In this document: one piece after another, positions 9,241 to 18,961 of the stretch
How positions within the stretch are numbered: the stretch's first letter is position 1
Layout: each line of letters starts with the position of its first letter
From: a virus
Reading direction: 5' to 3' (one strand)
IMG/VR virus record: IMGVR_UViG_3300002131_000090
Coordinates: 64,001 to 128,000 of that record
Length of the DNA: 64,000 nt
Position numbers and translations under genes: made by a program
The notes under the pieces: generated by a model
Seen by the model: only the letters and a program-made list of their open reading frames with translations
Told to the model about the DNA's origin: nothing
Databases searched by the model: none

Positions 9241-10307
9241 CTGTAACCAAGTACGCTACTGTCTTGTTTTCTGTGCTTGTCTAGTATTTTAAAATAGTTA
9301 TAAACACTAGTAAGATTTTCTATATTTCCTGGTTTTTCTACTATGTTTTTAATTTTTCTTGCAGGTTGATAGGTTTCGCATAATTTGTAAAATATGTCTT
9401 TAGAATAACTATTGCAATGAGACGGATTCATAAACCCGGGCGTAATAGTAGTATTCATTAAATGATCAAGACTTTCTTCTTCGGCCCATCTGCACAAGTT
9501 AGGTAACGTATGTAAATTATAACACGAAACTGTAGTAAAGCAACTGATTTTTTTAGCTATTGTCTTGATTTCTTTAATATTTTTTTCTATCTTTGACCAT
9601 TTGCTAGGCCAGCGTATATATTCATTTATCTCTTTATAACCGTCAATACTTAAATCAACATTAACTTTAAAATTTGAAAGTTTCTCTGTTAGTTTTTTTG
9701 GCCAATTATTTGCATTAGTTGTTAAACGTATAGTAGCTTTACTATTGTTTTTTATCAATACGTCAAGAAAGTCAACAAGATAGTTAGAAACTGTTGGTTC
9801 TCCTCCAGTAAAACGTATTTCGTCTCTGTCGCTCATAAACTCAGCTACTTCGGATAATAATTTAGGATCGTCGTACCAATTGCTGTTGTTGCTGTTGCTG
9901 TTGAACAAGGATCTGTTGTTGATAAACTCGTGATCTGCTGTATTTTTTAATGTTCTAATTTCTAAATCAATTAAACTGCTATTAGTAGGACTACACATCA
10001 TACATGCAAGATTACATAAGTTACCAAACTTTACTTCTGCATCTCTTTTGTTAGAGTACTTGTTTATACCAGTGTAACGTAAACTTTCAACGTTGTTTTC
10101 TTCTTCAAATTTACAATCAGCACAGCCAGACGGCCATTCGTTATTATCTAACGTATCCTCTATGGTTTTTACCCATGCACTGTTTGTATATTGAGATATA
10201 TTATCAGTTACATTATATGAATTTCCAGTATTTCTCCAACTACAGCAAGGCCTTAAATCACCATTAACGTCCATACTTACATGATTTTTAAGCCAATTGC
10301 ATTTCAT
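9222..10307 (-). CDS. Radical SAM protein with N-terminal Twitch-like domain
   Basis: MKC...RPCC...CADC; FGNLCNLACMMCSPTNSS; TGGEPT; YIRWPSKW. Confidence 0.92.
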   Translation of the reverse strand: MKCNWLKNHVSMDVNGDLRPCCSWRNTGNSYNVTDNISQYTNSAWVKTIEDTLDNNEWPSGCADCKFEEENNVESLRYTGINKYSNKRDAEVKFGNLCNLACMMCSPTNSSLIDLEIRTLKNTADHEFINNRSLFNSNSNNSNWYDDPKLLSEVAEFMSDRDEIRFTGGEPTVSNYLVDFLDVLIKNNSKATIRLTTNANNWPKKLTEKLSNFKVNVDLSIDGYKEINEYIRWPSKWSKIEKNIKEIKTIAKKISCFTTVSCYNLHTLPNLCRWAEEESLDHLMNTTITPGFMNPSHCNSYSKDIFYKLCETYQPARKIKNIVEKPGNIENLTSVYNYFKILDKHRKQDSSVLGYRWREIN

Positions 10308-11515
10308 TAATACATCTCCACTGGTATAATTTTAGTTAAATCTTTTTTTGTAAACTTGTCTAAAGATTTCATTTTAATTAAAAATTCTTTCCAGAATTCA
10401 TTATTTGATTCTTCTGACAATATATGATCAATTATTCGTTTCTTTCCTTCGTTTGATAGTTGCATATTTTTAATCTTATCTATATATAAATCTTTTAAGT
10501 TTGCTGGCATATATGCTAAATTTAGATACTTAGGATATCTAACAAGATCTATGCTTTTTTGATTAAAGTTTTTAGTGTTTATATCGCTTGACATCCAGTT
10601 GGATAATTTATCAAAATGCCAAGTAGTTAATACATTTAAAACAGTATGTATTCCAAATATTAAGTTAGTATTATACAATAAGTTTAATGAATAATACCAT
10701 TCTATATTTTTTTCAATAGTTTTCCAATTACTAAGTGTTCTAGCATAATCATTAACTTCTCCGTAGCCGTCAATACTAAAAATTATATTAACTGTTCCAA
10801 TTTTTTTCCAAATTTCAATTACTTCCAACGGAGGACGTTTTGTAACGTTAGTATGATATATTATTTCTAAAGATTCTAAATTAGGATGTACTCGTTCGAG
10901 CTCTTTTAAAAATCCTACATGCTCTACAGACATCATAGGTTCGCCGCCAAGAATTTTTATTAATGTTAATTTTGATAAATCTATTTCTGTAAAATCGTAT
11001 TGATTCATGCTTATAACATTTGTCTTTGCTTTTCCATTAGCATTAATAGTTTCTCTTGGAACTATATGTTCGTCTCGTATGTTATCTACATAAAAAGTTT
11101 TATTATATAGATTTGCCCAACTAGAACTATCAACTATAGTACACATTCTACAAGCTAGATTGCAAAGATTACTAAAAACAATTTCTAAATACTCTAATTC
11201 AAATTTTTCAACATTAACTGTATTAGCAAACTGCTTATTAAATAGTTGACGCATACTTTCTTTACCGGCAGCTTCCTCGTTCCAACATTTAATGCATCCG
11301 GGAAGTTTTTCTCCATTTTGCATTTTTTGTTGTAGAAGTTTGATATAGTTTTCGTCTTTAATTGCCTCGTGCGGTGGTTGAAAGATGTTATACTCGTTAT
11401 TCTCGTCTTTTCCAATAAAGAATCTGCAACATGGAGTAACAATTGGACCGTCTGGATGAGTGCCTAGTGCAACGTGTTTCCACAATAAAGAACACGCATT
11501 TGGATGTAACGTCAA
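10307..11515 (-). CDS. Radical SAM protein with N-terminal Twitch-like domain
   Basis: ACSLLW...TPCC...CIKC; SNLCNLACRMCTIVDSS; LGGEPM; SIDG. Confidence 0.92.
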   Translation of the reverse strand: MTLHPNACSLLWKHVALGTHPDGPIVTPCCRFFIGKDENNEYNIFQPPHEAIKDENYIKLLQQKMQNGEKLPGCIKCWNEEAAGKESMRQLFNKQFANTVNVEKFELEYLEIVFSNLCNLACRMCTIVDSSSWANLYNKTFYVDNIRDEHIVPRETINANGKAKTNVISMNQYDFTEIDLSKLTLIKILGGEPMMSVEHVGFLKELERVHPNLESLEIIYHTNVTKRPPLEVIEIWKKIGTVNIIFSIDGYGEVNDYARTLSNWKTIEKNIEWYYSLNLLYNTNLIFGIHTVLNVLTTWHFDKLSNWMSSDINTKNFNQKSIDLVRYPKYLNLAYMPANLKDLYIDKIKNMQLSNEGKKRIIDHILSEESNNEFWKEFLIKMKSLDKFTKKDLTKIIPVEMY

Positions 11516-12915
11516 TTAAAAATTCCTTTCATTTCAGGAAATGTTTCAGCAAATGTAATTCCTCTTTGCTTATCGCACAACTCTAGAAATTCCTTCATCT
11601 CAGGTAAACGTACACTCCAGTCTTCTGATTCCATAAACTGTAACATACCCATTAACCTATCTACGCCGTAACTAGCAGCTCTCCATGTTTCAAAATCAAC
11701 CTTGCCTTTATGCCAGCTAGGAATTCCTTTTTCCCAATTAGCTTCCCACCACGGTATAAATTCTTCATACTTTTTACGGCATTCTTCTTTAAACCATTTA
11801 GGAAGTACTTTGACATTAAGATGTGGAGGATGGTAAACAAAGTGATAGTTTACCCCGCCTGCGCCAAAAGGCCACATATTAATTTTCTTAAAGCCTTGTT
11901 CTAATTTCCATTTAATAAGATCGGGTATGTAATATATGTTTAGTGCTTGTACTGCACATGCAATTGTGATTTCAGTATTGTTTGGAGTTTGCGTGTCTAG
12001 TATATGAAATACTTCTTCCATACGGTTCCATTTACTAGGATAACGAATGTAATCGTTCATTTGCTCAATGCTGTCTATTGAATAATGGAAACGTACTAAT
12101 TTAAAATGACTCCATAACTCGAATAAATCTTCTCTCCATTCAACACCGTTTGAGTTGTAACGTATTTCTAAGTCTTTTGCATAACCCATCTTAATGGCAT
12201 ATTCAAGTATTTCGTAATGTTCTTCAATAATAAGACTTTCACCGCCAGCAAAGTAAATTTGTTGCATACTGGGCATCTGTTCGTAAAATTGTTTCCAAAA
12301 TGTAGGATTTTGCTTATGCCAGTTGTAACTACTGCCGTTGTAACTGCCTTTGTTTTCCCATTGCATTGTTTCTTTAAGAGATTCATTTTTTACAGCAGGA
12401 AAGATTGATTTGTAATCTTTAATCCAACCGCTACTATCATGCGGTGAACACATTACACAAGCTAACTGACACTTTGTGCCAAAACGTAAATCAATGTATG
12501 CTAGTTGTGGCGGAACGCGGCCGTCTTCCTTTGTGTCTGCAAGTATTTTATCAACATCAACACGCTGACTCCAATATTCTGTTTCCCACATACGTTTACT
12601 ATTATGCCCTGCTGCTTCTTCTTTATAACATTTTATACAGCTAGGCGGCTTTTCTCCTGCAAGCATTTGCTTACGCACATTCCTCATATATGTGCTGTTC
12701 CATGCTGTTTCAAAGTCGCTAACATTTAAATTGCTAGGTTTACCATCTTCTGTTTTAAGAATACCAACTTGTCCTCCGTGTACTTTATCATTTGTTGCAC
12801 CAACACTGCTTGCATTAGCTGTACAACATACACGCATACTACCATCTGGGCGTGTACTTAGATGTACCCAAGGCAATAAGCAAAACGTATCAGATGGCAT
12901 CTTTTTATCAGTCAT
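11512..12915 (-). CDS. Radical SAM protein with N-terminal Twitch-like domain
   Basis: FCLLPW...RVCC...CIKC; GTKCQLACVMCSPHDSS; AGGES. Start taken as ATG 12915 (MTDKK, AGAAGG upstream); alternative ATG at 12999. Confidence 0.9.
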   Translation of the reverse strand: MTDKKMPSDTFCLLPWVHLSTRPDGSMRVCCTANASSVGATNDKVHGGQVGILKTEDGKPSNLNVSDFETAWNSTYMRNVRKQMLAGEKPPSCIKCYKEEAAGHNSKRMWETEYWSQRVDVDKILADTKEDGRVPPQLAYIDLRFGTKCQLACVMCSPHDSSGWIKDYKSIFPAVKNESLKETMQWENKGSYNGSSYNWHKQNPTFWKQFYEQMPSMQQIYFAGGESLIIEEHYEILEYAIKMGYAKDLEIRYNSNGVEWREDLFELWSHFKLVRFHYSIDSIEQMNDYIRYPSKWNRMEEVFHILDTQTPNNTEITIACAVQALNIYYIPDLIKWKLEQGFKKINMWPFGAGGVNYHFVYHPPHLNVKVLPKWFKEECRKKYEEFIPWWEANWEKGIPSWHKGKVDFETWRAASYGVDRLMGMLQFMESEDWSVRLPEMKEFLELCDKQRGITFAETFPEMKGIFN

Positions 12916-12988
12916 TTGTCGGCCTTCTATCTTTCTTTTCTTTAATTTTTTTCTCTTGTATGCTTGCTTTGTTGCAACTTTAAACAAC

Positions 12989-14308
12989 TTATAATCCATC
13001 GTACCAGTAATCGGACAATTCTGGAAAATAGTCAAATATATTGTTATTGTTTATTCTATCGCACATATTGAAAAAATTACAAACGTTTTTTGTAAGTTTA
13101 GGATTGTTGTAATCTGAATTTTTTAAAAAGTTATAACAATTAGTTGCATGATGAAGATAGTCTTCAACAAAATAACGGTCAGTTGAATAATCACCAACAT
13201 GTGCTATTGTCCATTCGATATCAGCTAATGCCTTTAATTTTAAGTCATCAGGTAAATGGATTGACGAAGTAGGATTTTTAAGTACTAAACTTGAATGAAA
13301 ACCAAGATCGTTCTCTATCCAGTCAAACATTATGTCTTTCCATCGCAAGGCAGAAAACATATTAAATGTTACAGTTCCAACTATATATCTTCTACTTTTA
13401 CCTTTAAAATAATGACTAAATTTTTTAATATTATCTGTTAGAAGTTCTATGTTACCTTCGGCTCTAAAATAATTATATGTCAAAAAAGATGTATCAATAC
13501 TTACACGTACTATTAATTTATTAAACTTATCCCAGTATTCAAAATATTTTTCGATGTTGTTAATGTTGAAATTTGAATTATAATCAAGATCTTGTTTATA
13601 TGAAGTTTTAGATGTATTAACTAGATAGTCTAGCCATTCTGTATGTTCAGGGGCTAATAATGGCTCGCCACCGGAAAATTGTATTAACTTAGTTGAACTT
13701 AAAAGTTCTTTTATATCTTCTTTATATTTAGATTTACTAGTCAAACCGTTTTTAAAATGATTATTAAAATTGTCAAACGGCACATCAGTGTCACCGTTTT
13801 CAATTCCTACTACATGATCGTATATGTCAAAGTTTTCTTTGACTGATAGTTTTTCAATCCACTTAGTAGACGAATCAGGCCCGCAGTGCATACATCTTAG
13901 ATTACATAATAGACTCGGTCTCATTTCAATACGCACAAAATTTTCAATTTTAGCAGTCAATGGATCTTGTTTAATTCTTGAAATTAATGTATCTTTTTCT
14001 TTTTCATCAAGTCTAAGATTATAATCTTTAAAAAAATCCATTCTTGGAGATATAGCGTTATGCGATTCAGCATACCAACAAGACTGGCAGTTTTTATGCT
14101 GTTTTCCTGTATACAATGCATCTCTTATTTCTTTTGCTTTGTCACTATTAAACACATCAATAAATCGTTCTTCTTTCCAGTTACCTATGTTTTGTTGACC
14201 GCGATAACATGTTCTAACATCGCCTACTTGATCAAGGTCGGTTCCAATATACGGAGCAAAACAAAAGGTTTCAGGATTTAATCCAAGTTTTTTTAATTGT
14301 TGTTTCAT
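12989..14308 (-). CDS. Radical SAM protein with N-terminal Twitch-like domain
   Basis: FCFAPY...RTCYR...CQSC; LLCNLRCMHCGPDSST; SGGEPL. Confidence 0.92.
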   Translation of the reverse strand: MKQQLKKLGLNPETFCFAPYIGTDLDQVGDVRTCYRGQQNIGNWKEERFIDVFNSDKAKEIRDALYTGKQHKNCQSCWYAESHNAISPRMDFFKDYNLRLDEKEKDTLISRIKQDPLTAKIENFVRIEMRPSLLCNLRCMHCGPDSSTKWIEKLSVKENFDIYDHVVGIENGDTDVPFDNFNNHFKNGLTSKSKYKEDIKELLSSTKLIQFSGGEPLLAPEHTEWLDYLVNTSKTSYKQDLDYNSNFNINNIEKYFEYWDKFNKLIVRVSIDTSFLTYNYFRAEGNIELLTDNIKKFSHYFKGKSRRYIVGTVTFNMFSALRWKDIMFDWIENDLGFHSSLVLKNPTSSIHLPDDLKLKALADIEWTIAHVGDYSTDRYFVEDYLHHATNCYNFLKNSDYNNPKLTKNVCNFFNMCDRINNNNIFDYFPELSDYWYDGL

Positions 14309-14315
14309 TATTATG

Positions 14316-14322
14316 TATTTAT
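14316..14322 (-). promoter_or_regulatory. TAAATA late-type promoter motif
   Basis: ATAAATA 7 nt upstream of ATG 14308, in one of the few intergenic gaps of the cluster. Confidence 0.55.
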
Positions 14323-14354
14323 TGACACTTTATATAAACTGCGCACTAAATGGA

Positions 14355-15086
14355 TCAAACTCGGTCCGAGTCTGACTTTCTGTAAATTACTTCAACCCAG
14401 TCAGTCCTTCCGTTTAGAGGATTTTTACTAATATGTGATATATCATATAGTTCAAAGTTATACGGTATAATAAGTTTTTCAAATTCTAAAAAACTAATAC
14501 GTGTTTCGTATAAATCGTATAAATTTAATTCGCTAACTATTATGTCAGTGTTATTTAAAATGGACGACGCACCTTCTAAAATTAAAAGTTCAGCGCCCTG
14601 TACATCCATTTTTAAAATATCGACCTTTGTAATATTTGAATCTTTTAAACAATTATCAAGCGTATCTACAGCAACCGTTTCAGTAGTATTATTAAAGAAA
14701 TTATGATGTCCTTCTTCGGGGCGATTGACTGCTATTGAATCAGTACTAAGTTTGTTAAGATTAAAAAAACTACTCAACATTATTTGATGATGATTAACAT
14801 TAAACTCACTAGTTCCTTGAAAATTTGATAATGCAATATTATATAATGTTACATCAGTATAGTGTTGTGTATTTTCTTTTAAATAATTAAACGACTGCAA
14901 TACAGGCTCAAAACTATGTATAATTGCCAAAGGCCATAGTGATTTAAAATAGTCAACACTTTGTCCTATATTTGCACCGGCATCAATAATAACAGGATTT
15001 TTAGTATGTACTAAACTTTTTAATAAATTACCTTTATTAAATTTTTCTTTAGAAATTTCACTACGAGTATGTTCCGGAGTATACAT
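14355..15086 (-). CDS. FkbM-family SAM-dependent methyltransferase
   Basis: IIDAGANIG, SFEP, DILKMDVQGAE. Confidence 0.92.
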   Translation of the reverse strand: MYTPEHTRSEISKEKFNKGNLLKSLVHTKNPVIIDAGANIGQSVDYFKSLWPLAIIHSFEPVLQSFNYLKENTQHYTDVTLYNIALSNFQGTSEFNVNHHQIMLSSFFNLNKLSTDSIAVNRPEEGHHNFFNNTTETVAVDTLDNCLKDSNITKVDILKMDVQGAELLILEGASSILNNTDIIVSELNLYDLYETRISFLEFEKLIIPYNFELYDISHISKNPLNGRTDWVEVIYRKSDSDRV

Positions 15087-15607
15087 TAATAAAACTCCTT
15101 TTCTGAAAGCATCAACAACAGTGTACGTCTATTTTCTGTACATTCCAAACTATCAAAATCGTGCCACGTATGATCATTTCTAATAAATCCAGAGCCACGG
15201 TTTGGTAACCAATTGGTAGTTTTGACGTATGTAGTTGTGTCTTTTTCTTTAAATAATTGTGTGCCACTGCCTGTGTTAGATATAGCTAATACAAATGTCA
15301 TAACTTTTAATGGATTATCATTGTGTATTTTATTATATGCCCAGCCAGGCTTAATAACATCAAATTCTATAGCAGGATACAAATTTGTTATATCGTCAAT
15401 ACCTGCAATACTAGCAATTTTGTGTATATACGGAACTAATAGATTATACATTTCGGGGAAGTTATTTGAACGAACCTGTATGTTATTACGATCTCCAGTA
15501 ACTGATATATTTTTACTAAATTCATTAACCCGATCAAACGCATCAATATCTAATAAATTAGTAATTGTAAAATGCTTCCACGGATCATTGTAAAATTCTA
15601 TTTTCAT
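15086..15607 (-). CDS. 2OG-Fe(II) oxygenase
   Basis: IHNDNPLK (HxD), GTQLF, TWHDF, RRTL; start moved to ATG 15607 (TAATG overlap). Confidence 0.8.
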   Translation of the reverse strand: MKIEFYNDPWKHFTITNLLDIDAFDRVNEFSKNISVTGDRNNIQVRSNNFPEMYNLLVPYIHKIASIAGIDDITNLYPAIEFDVIKPGWAYNKIHNDNPLKVMTFVLAISNTGSGTQLFKEKDTTTYVKTTNWLPNRGSGFIRNDHTWHDFDSLECTENRRTLLLMLSEKEFY

Positions 15608-16149
15608 TATACTAGTACTTCCTTGTTTTTCCAATTTGAATTTACATAATTCACAATAACACTTGTTCTATCAGATGTTAATGGCGATAATGCATGTATT
15701 TCTGTGCCTGTATTATTAAAAAACCACCCACAGTTAACATGTGTATCAGTGTTAATATTATTAAAATTTGTACTAATATCACTATCACTTAAATAAATTT
15801 GTAATGTAAAAAGTTTAGCTGCATCATCTGTGTGTCCTTCTAGCCAACTTGCTTTGCTGTCTTTACACAATTCGATACGTGTTCTGCACGAACTATAATC
15901 AGTTCCTGTTATATTAGAAAATAACTGCTTTGTTTTGATACTATCAAAATAAGAAGAAAGTTCTTGATAACTACTGTTATTAATTTGATGTGTCCAAATT
16001 CGAGAAATTCTATCAGTTCTCTTACCTGACAATAATGCATACTCGTATTTTTCTGCACACGTAGTTAATTGTAACAGTTTCGCCTTATCAAAAAAATTAA
16101 CAAATTTAAAAATTTTAAATCCAACATCTGCTTCTGTATAATTAAACAT
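15607..16149 (-). CDS. 2OG-Fe(II) oxygenase
   Basis: GHTDDAAKLFTLQIYL, EIHAL, RTSVIVNY; start moved to ATG 16149. Confidence 0.8.
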   Translation of the reverse strand: MFNYTEADVGFKIFKFVNFFDKAKLLQLTTCAEKYEYALLSGKRTDRISRIWTHQINNSSYQELSSYFDSIKTKQLFSNITGTDYSSCRTRIELCKDSKASWLEGHTDDAAKLFTLQIYLSDSDISTNFNNINTDTHVNCGWFFNNTGTEIHALSPLTSDRTSVIVNYVNSNWKNKEVLV

Positions 16150-16846
16150 CAAACATCCATTTCGTTTTTCTTTTATATAATACGCAACTGTCATTAACAT
16201 ACACTGCTTTATTTTTTAATTCAAATTTAACTATAGGATCAAGTTCAAGAGGTAATGCCCACGAATTATTCTTAATGTTTATACACTCTTTATACACAAT
16301 TTCCTGTTCCGCAGCGTTTCTGATACTTCGAGGATGAGTAATTGCAGTACTTGATAGAAAATAAAGATCGTTGCAATTAAACTCTGCAGTTGATATATCA
16401 TTGAAAGATACATCATTAAAATCGGATATTACAGTGTTACTGTAATCAGTAATTATTACGTCTACCTTATCAGTATATTGCCCAAGAAAGGACAATCTAG
16501 TTTGTCCTGGGTGTAATGCAACTTTTTTATTCTTAAAGTAGTGAATATTTAAAGGATGCAGTAGTTTACATCCTTTTTTTAGATCATCTAATATTCGAAA
16601 AAATGAATATAATTTAACTATACTGTCAGTATCAATTGTAGCATTATTACTATAAACTAACGTACTATGTTTAAATACAGAATGTATATCACCAGCTATT
16701 TTCTTTTGAATATTTCTTTTTAAAAAAATATTATTAGTGTCTTCTAACGTTAATTTAGCAATATATGTATTTGTATTATGCATACTATCAAACTCGTTAG
16801 TTAGATTTACGAAATGCAAATAATCATTTAATTTAATTATGCTCAT
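16142..16846 (-). CDS. Hypothetical protein (HPGxxR motif)
   Basis: 234-aa ORF coupled to neighbours; HPLNIH...LHPGQTR is reminiscent of ParB/Srx-like folds but not conclusive. Confidence 0.55.
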   Translation of the reverse strand: MSIIKLNDYLHFVNLTNEFDSMHNTNTYIAKLTLEDTNNIFLKRNIQKKIAGDIHSVFKHSTLVYSNNATIDTDSIVKLYSFFRILDDLKKGCKLLHPLNIHYFKNKKVALHPGQTRLSFLGQYTDKVDVIITDYSNTVISDFNDVSFNDISTAEFNCNDLYFLSSTAITHPRSIRNAAEQEIVYKECINIKNNSWALPLELDPIVKFELKNKAVYVNDSCVLYKRKTKWMFDV

Positions 16847-17910
16847 TTAAATTGTTCCCCAAATGGATCAAATTCGGCGCCGCATTTCATTGAGCATACT
16901 TTTAATTTGCCAGAGGCACAACTTGGTTTACTCCAGCTATCTTGTATTCTATCAAATATACCAGTAGCAAATACTGACTCTAATCCGTTACGTGCATCTA
17001 ACACACTTTTATTAGGAATAAAATCCCATATCTGTTCTACTTTAGGATCTTTATGCCACCATTTATACATACGGCCCGCAGTCCAACAACACGGTAATGC
17101 CAGACCTTCTGCTGTAATAAACAAACTGTTGTCTTTTTTAACTTTACAAATAATAGGTGCAGCATCATAGTATGCATCCATACTTCCGTATTTGTTAATA
17201 ATAACGTCTTGTTTTTTAAGTGCAGCATTTTGATATTTTTCATCTGGCTTTTTAAGTTCTGTTGTTTCGTTGCCTTTACGATCAACTGCTTGATGCTTGT
17301 CTTTAGGCTCTACCTTTGATGTAACAAATCTACCAGTTTTTTTAGCAACAAATTTTTCAAATCCCCATTTACTAGCAAGTGCTTCTGCTTCTTCTACTTG
17401 ATGTTGATTGTGTTCAAATATTAAAAAGTCCCAACGTGCTCTGCCGCCTGCTTTAATAAACGCTTTTATGTTGCGCTCTACATTAGTCCAACTAACGCCT
17501 TGACGATATATATGATTGGTGTCTTTTAATCCGTCAACACTAAAAATAACTGCTCCATTGCTGCCGATAGTTTTAGCAAGTGCATGCCACCATATTGTGT
17601 TTTTAGCACCAGCATTAGTGTTCATGCTTAACCACATTTTAGGATTGTGATCTCTAAAATATGTAAAGATTTCTAAAGTATCTCGTGCAATAATAGGATC
17701 GCCTAAGTTTCCGCACATATACATAGTATCTAACTGTGAAATAAATTCTGGCAGGAATATCTTTTTACAATCTTCAATAGTAAGTTCATCTAAATTAATG
17801 TGCGGATTGACACCTTTACCGTTCATATTACGATCACACATAGGACAACTAGCTTGACAGTTTTGCGTAACTTCTAAGTGTATACTTCTAATATCTTCGT
17901 ACTTATACAT
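16843..17910 (-). CDS. Radical SAM protein with C-terminal Twitch/SPASM-like region
   Basis: CQASCPMC, CGNLGDP, SVDG; C-terminal ICK...PCC...CSMKC. Confidence 0.9.
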   Translation of the reverse strand: MYKYEDIRSIHLEVTQNCQASCPMCDRNMNGKGVNPHINLDELTIEDCKKIFLPEFISQLDTMYMCGNLGDPIIARDTLEIFTYFRDHNPKMWLSMNTNAGAKNTIWWHALAKTIGSNGAVIFSVDGLKDTNHIYRQGVSWTNVERNIKAFIKAGGRARWDFLIFEHNQHQVEEAEALASKWGFEKFVAKKTGRFVTSKVEPKDKHQAVDRKGNETTELKKPDEKYQNAALKKQDVIINKYGSMDAYYDAAPIICKVKKDNSLFITAEGLALPCCWTAGRMYKWWHKDPKVEQIWDFIPNKSVLDARNGLESVFATGIFDRIQDSWSKPSCASGKLKVCSMKCGAEFDPFGEQFK

Positions 17911-18172
17911 CCATTACCAACTTTATATCTTTGCCAGGGCCGCCAACACTTGGCAGGAAAAAGTATTCTGCCATATACCACTTGATTACTGCACGATACC
18001 ATTTTTGACTGTCGTGATGTGCTTGTTTATTAAACTGGTGTATATTATTATTAGTGGTCTGCATTGTAGCAAGTGCTCTTGCACTTTCAAGTTGCAATCT
18101 TCTAACTGAAAACTGATCTAACAATACTTCAATACTTTCGTCTCTAAGACGATCACTGTTATTTAAATCCAA
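17903..18172 (-). CDS. Hypothetical protein (89 aa, TTG start)
   Basis: Overlaps the downstream gene start; its TTG start lies inside the duplicated segment. Confidence 0.6.
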   Translation of the reverse strand: MDLNNSDRLRDESIEVLLDQFSVRRLQLESARALATMQTTNNNIHQFNKQAHHDSQKWYRAVIKWYMAEYFFLPSVGGPGKDIKLVMDV

Positions 18173-18263
18173 TTCTCATAAACCTTGTGTACTTTTCTAG
18201 TTCTAGACTTCCTTTATATAATACATTAGTTAGAGGAGTTTGTCTACTAAAATCTTCAAGATT
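18159..18263. repeat. Diverged direct repeat, copy B (105 bp)
   Basis: 91/105 nt identical to 18958..19062 by manual alignment, no indels. Confidence 0.95.
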
Positions 18264-18266
18264 CAT
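18159..18266 (-). pseudogene. 35-aa mini-ORF: relic C-terminus of the methyltransferase at 18958..19803
   Basis: MNLEDFSRQTPLTNVLYKGSLELEKYTRFMRIGFK*, compared with DLNNFSRQTPLNNVLYEGSLELEKYTRFMRIGFK* in the parent. Its ATG overlaps the sulfotransferase TGA (ATGA). Confidence 0.8.
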
Positions 18267-18961
18267 TTTAGTTTTATACGACCGTTATTATTATTTAAAT
18301 ACGGGTGTGACAATACAGTTAACATTTTTTCACCCCCTATCTGCCTAAGTCTGTTATAATTAATTAAAATGCTATCTTTTGGCTGAGATTTTTTTATATT
18401 ATTTTTTTTAAATGTCATTGATTGAGTATTAGATAATTTTAAATTCTTATAATCTTTATCATAGTCAAATTTTAAATCTTCGTAATAAACAATTTCATTT
18501 AACAATTTATTTTTGTGATTCCATTCAGCAAGATCTATAATACTTTGGTATCGACTTTCTAATGTAGATAAAAAATAAGTTTCATCTATAACAAATTTTT
18601 CTAAATAAGGAGTATCCGATGCTTGCCATAAATTAGTTTTTTCTGCAATTAGATTACTTATAGTTGATTCAACTAAATCTTGTCTTAATATAGATATTAT
18701 ATACCAATTGTTATTTAAAAACGCAGTTTTGTCAGCATCCGATAATCTTTTGTTGATGTTAGAAAAATGGTCTTTACACACGTTATTAGGAGTTCTTTTA
18801 ATTGTTTTAATAATACGTTTTATATATTTTTGAGAATAGCTTTCCATATGTTCGTAATTAAACGGCTCGGGGTATTTTTTAAATTTTATATTAGAATTTA
18901 CAAACATATTTAGTAAATATGTGCTACCTGTTCTAGACTGAGAAACAATTAAAATATTCAC
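18263..18961 (-). CDS. Sulfotransferase (P-loop, Stf0-like)
   Basis: 5'-PSB loop SQSRTGSTYL, EPF, 3'-PB motif ILRQDLVESTIS, VYYEDL. Confidence 0.8.
   Translation of the reverse strand: MNILIVSQSRTGSTYLLNMFVNSNIKFKKYPEPFNYEHMESYSQKYIKRIIKTIKRTPNNVCKDHFSNINKRLSDADKTAFLNNNWYIISILRQDLVESTISNLIAEKTNLWQASDTPYLEKFVIDETYFLSTLESRYQSIIDLAEWNHKNKLLNEIVYYEDLKFDYDKDYKNLKLSNTQSMTFKKNNIKKSQPKDSILINYNRLRQIGGEKMLTVLSHPYLNNNNGRIKLK

Noticed and set aside
9880-9903. TTGCTG/TTG microrepeat
   Set aside because: It simply encodes an in-frame NSNSNNSN loop.
14322-14350. Plus-strand TTGACA as an antisense promoter
   Set aside because: No credible -10 element at 16-18 nt spacing.
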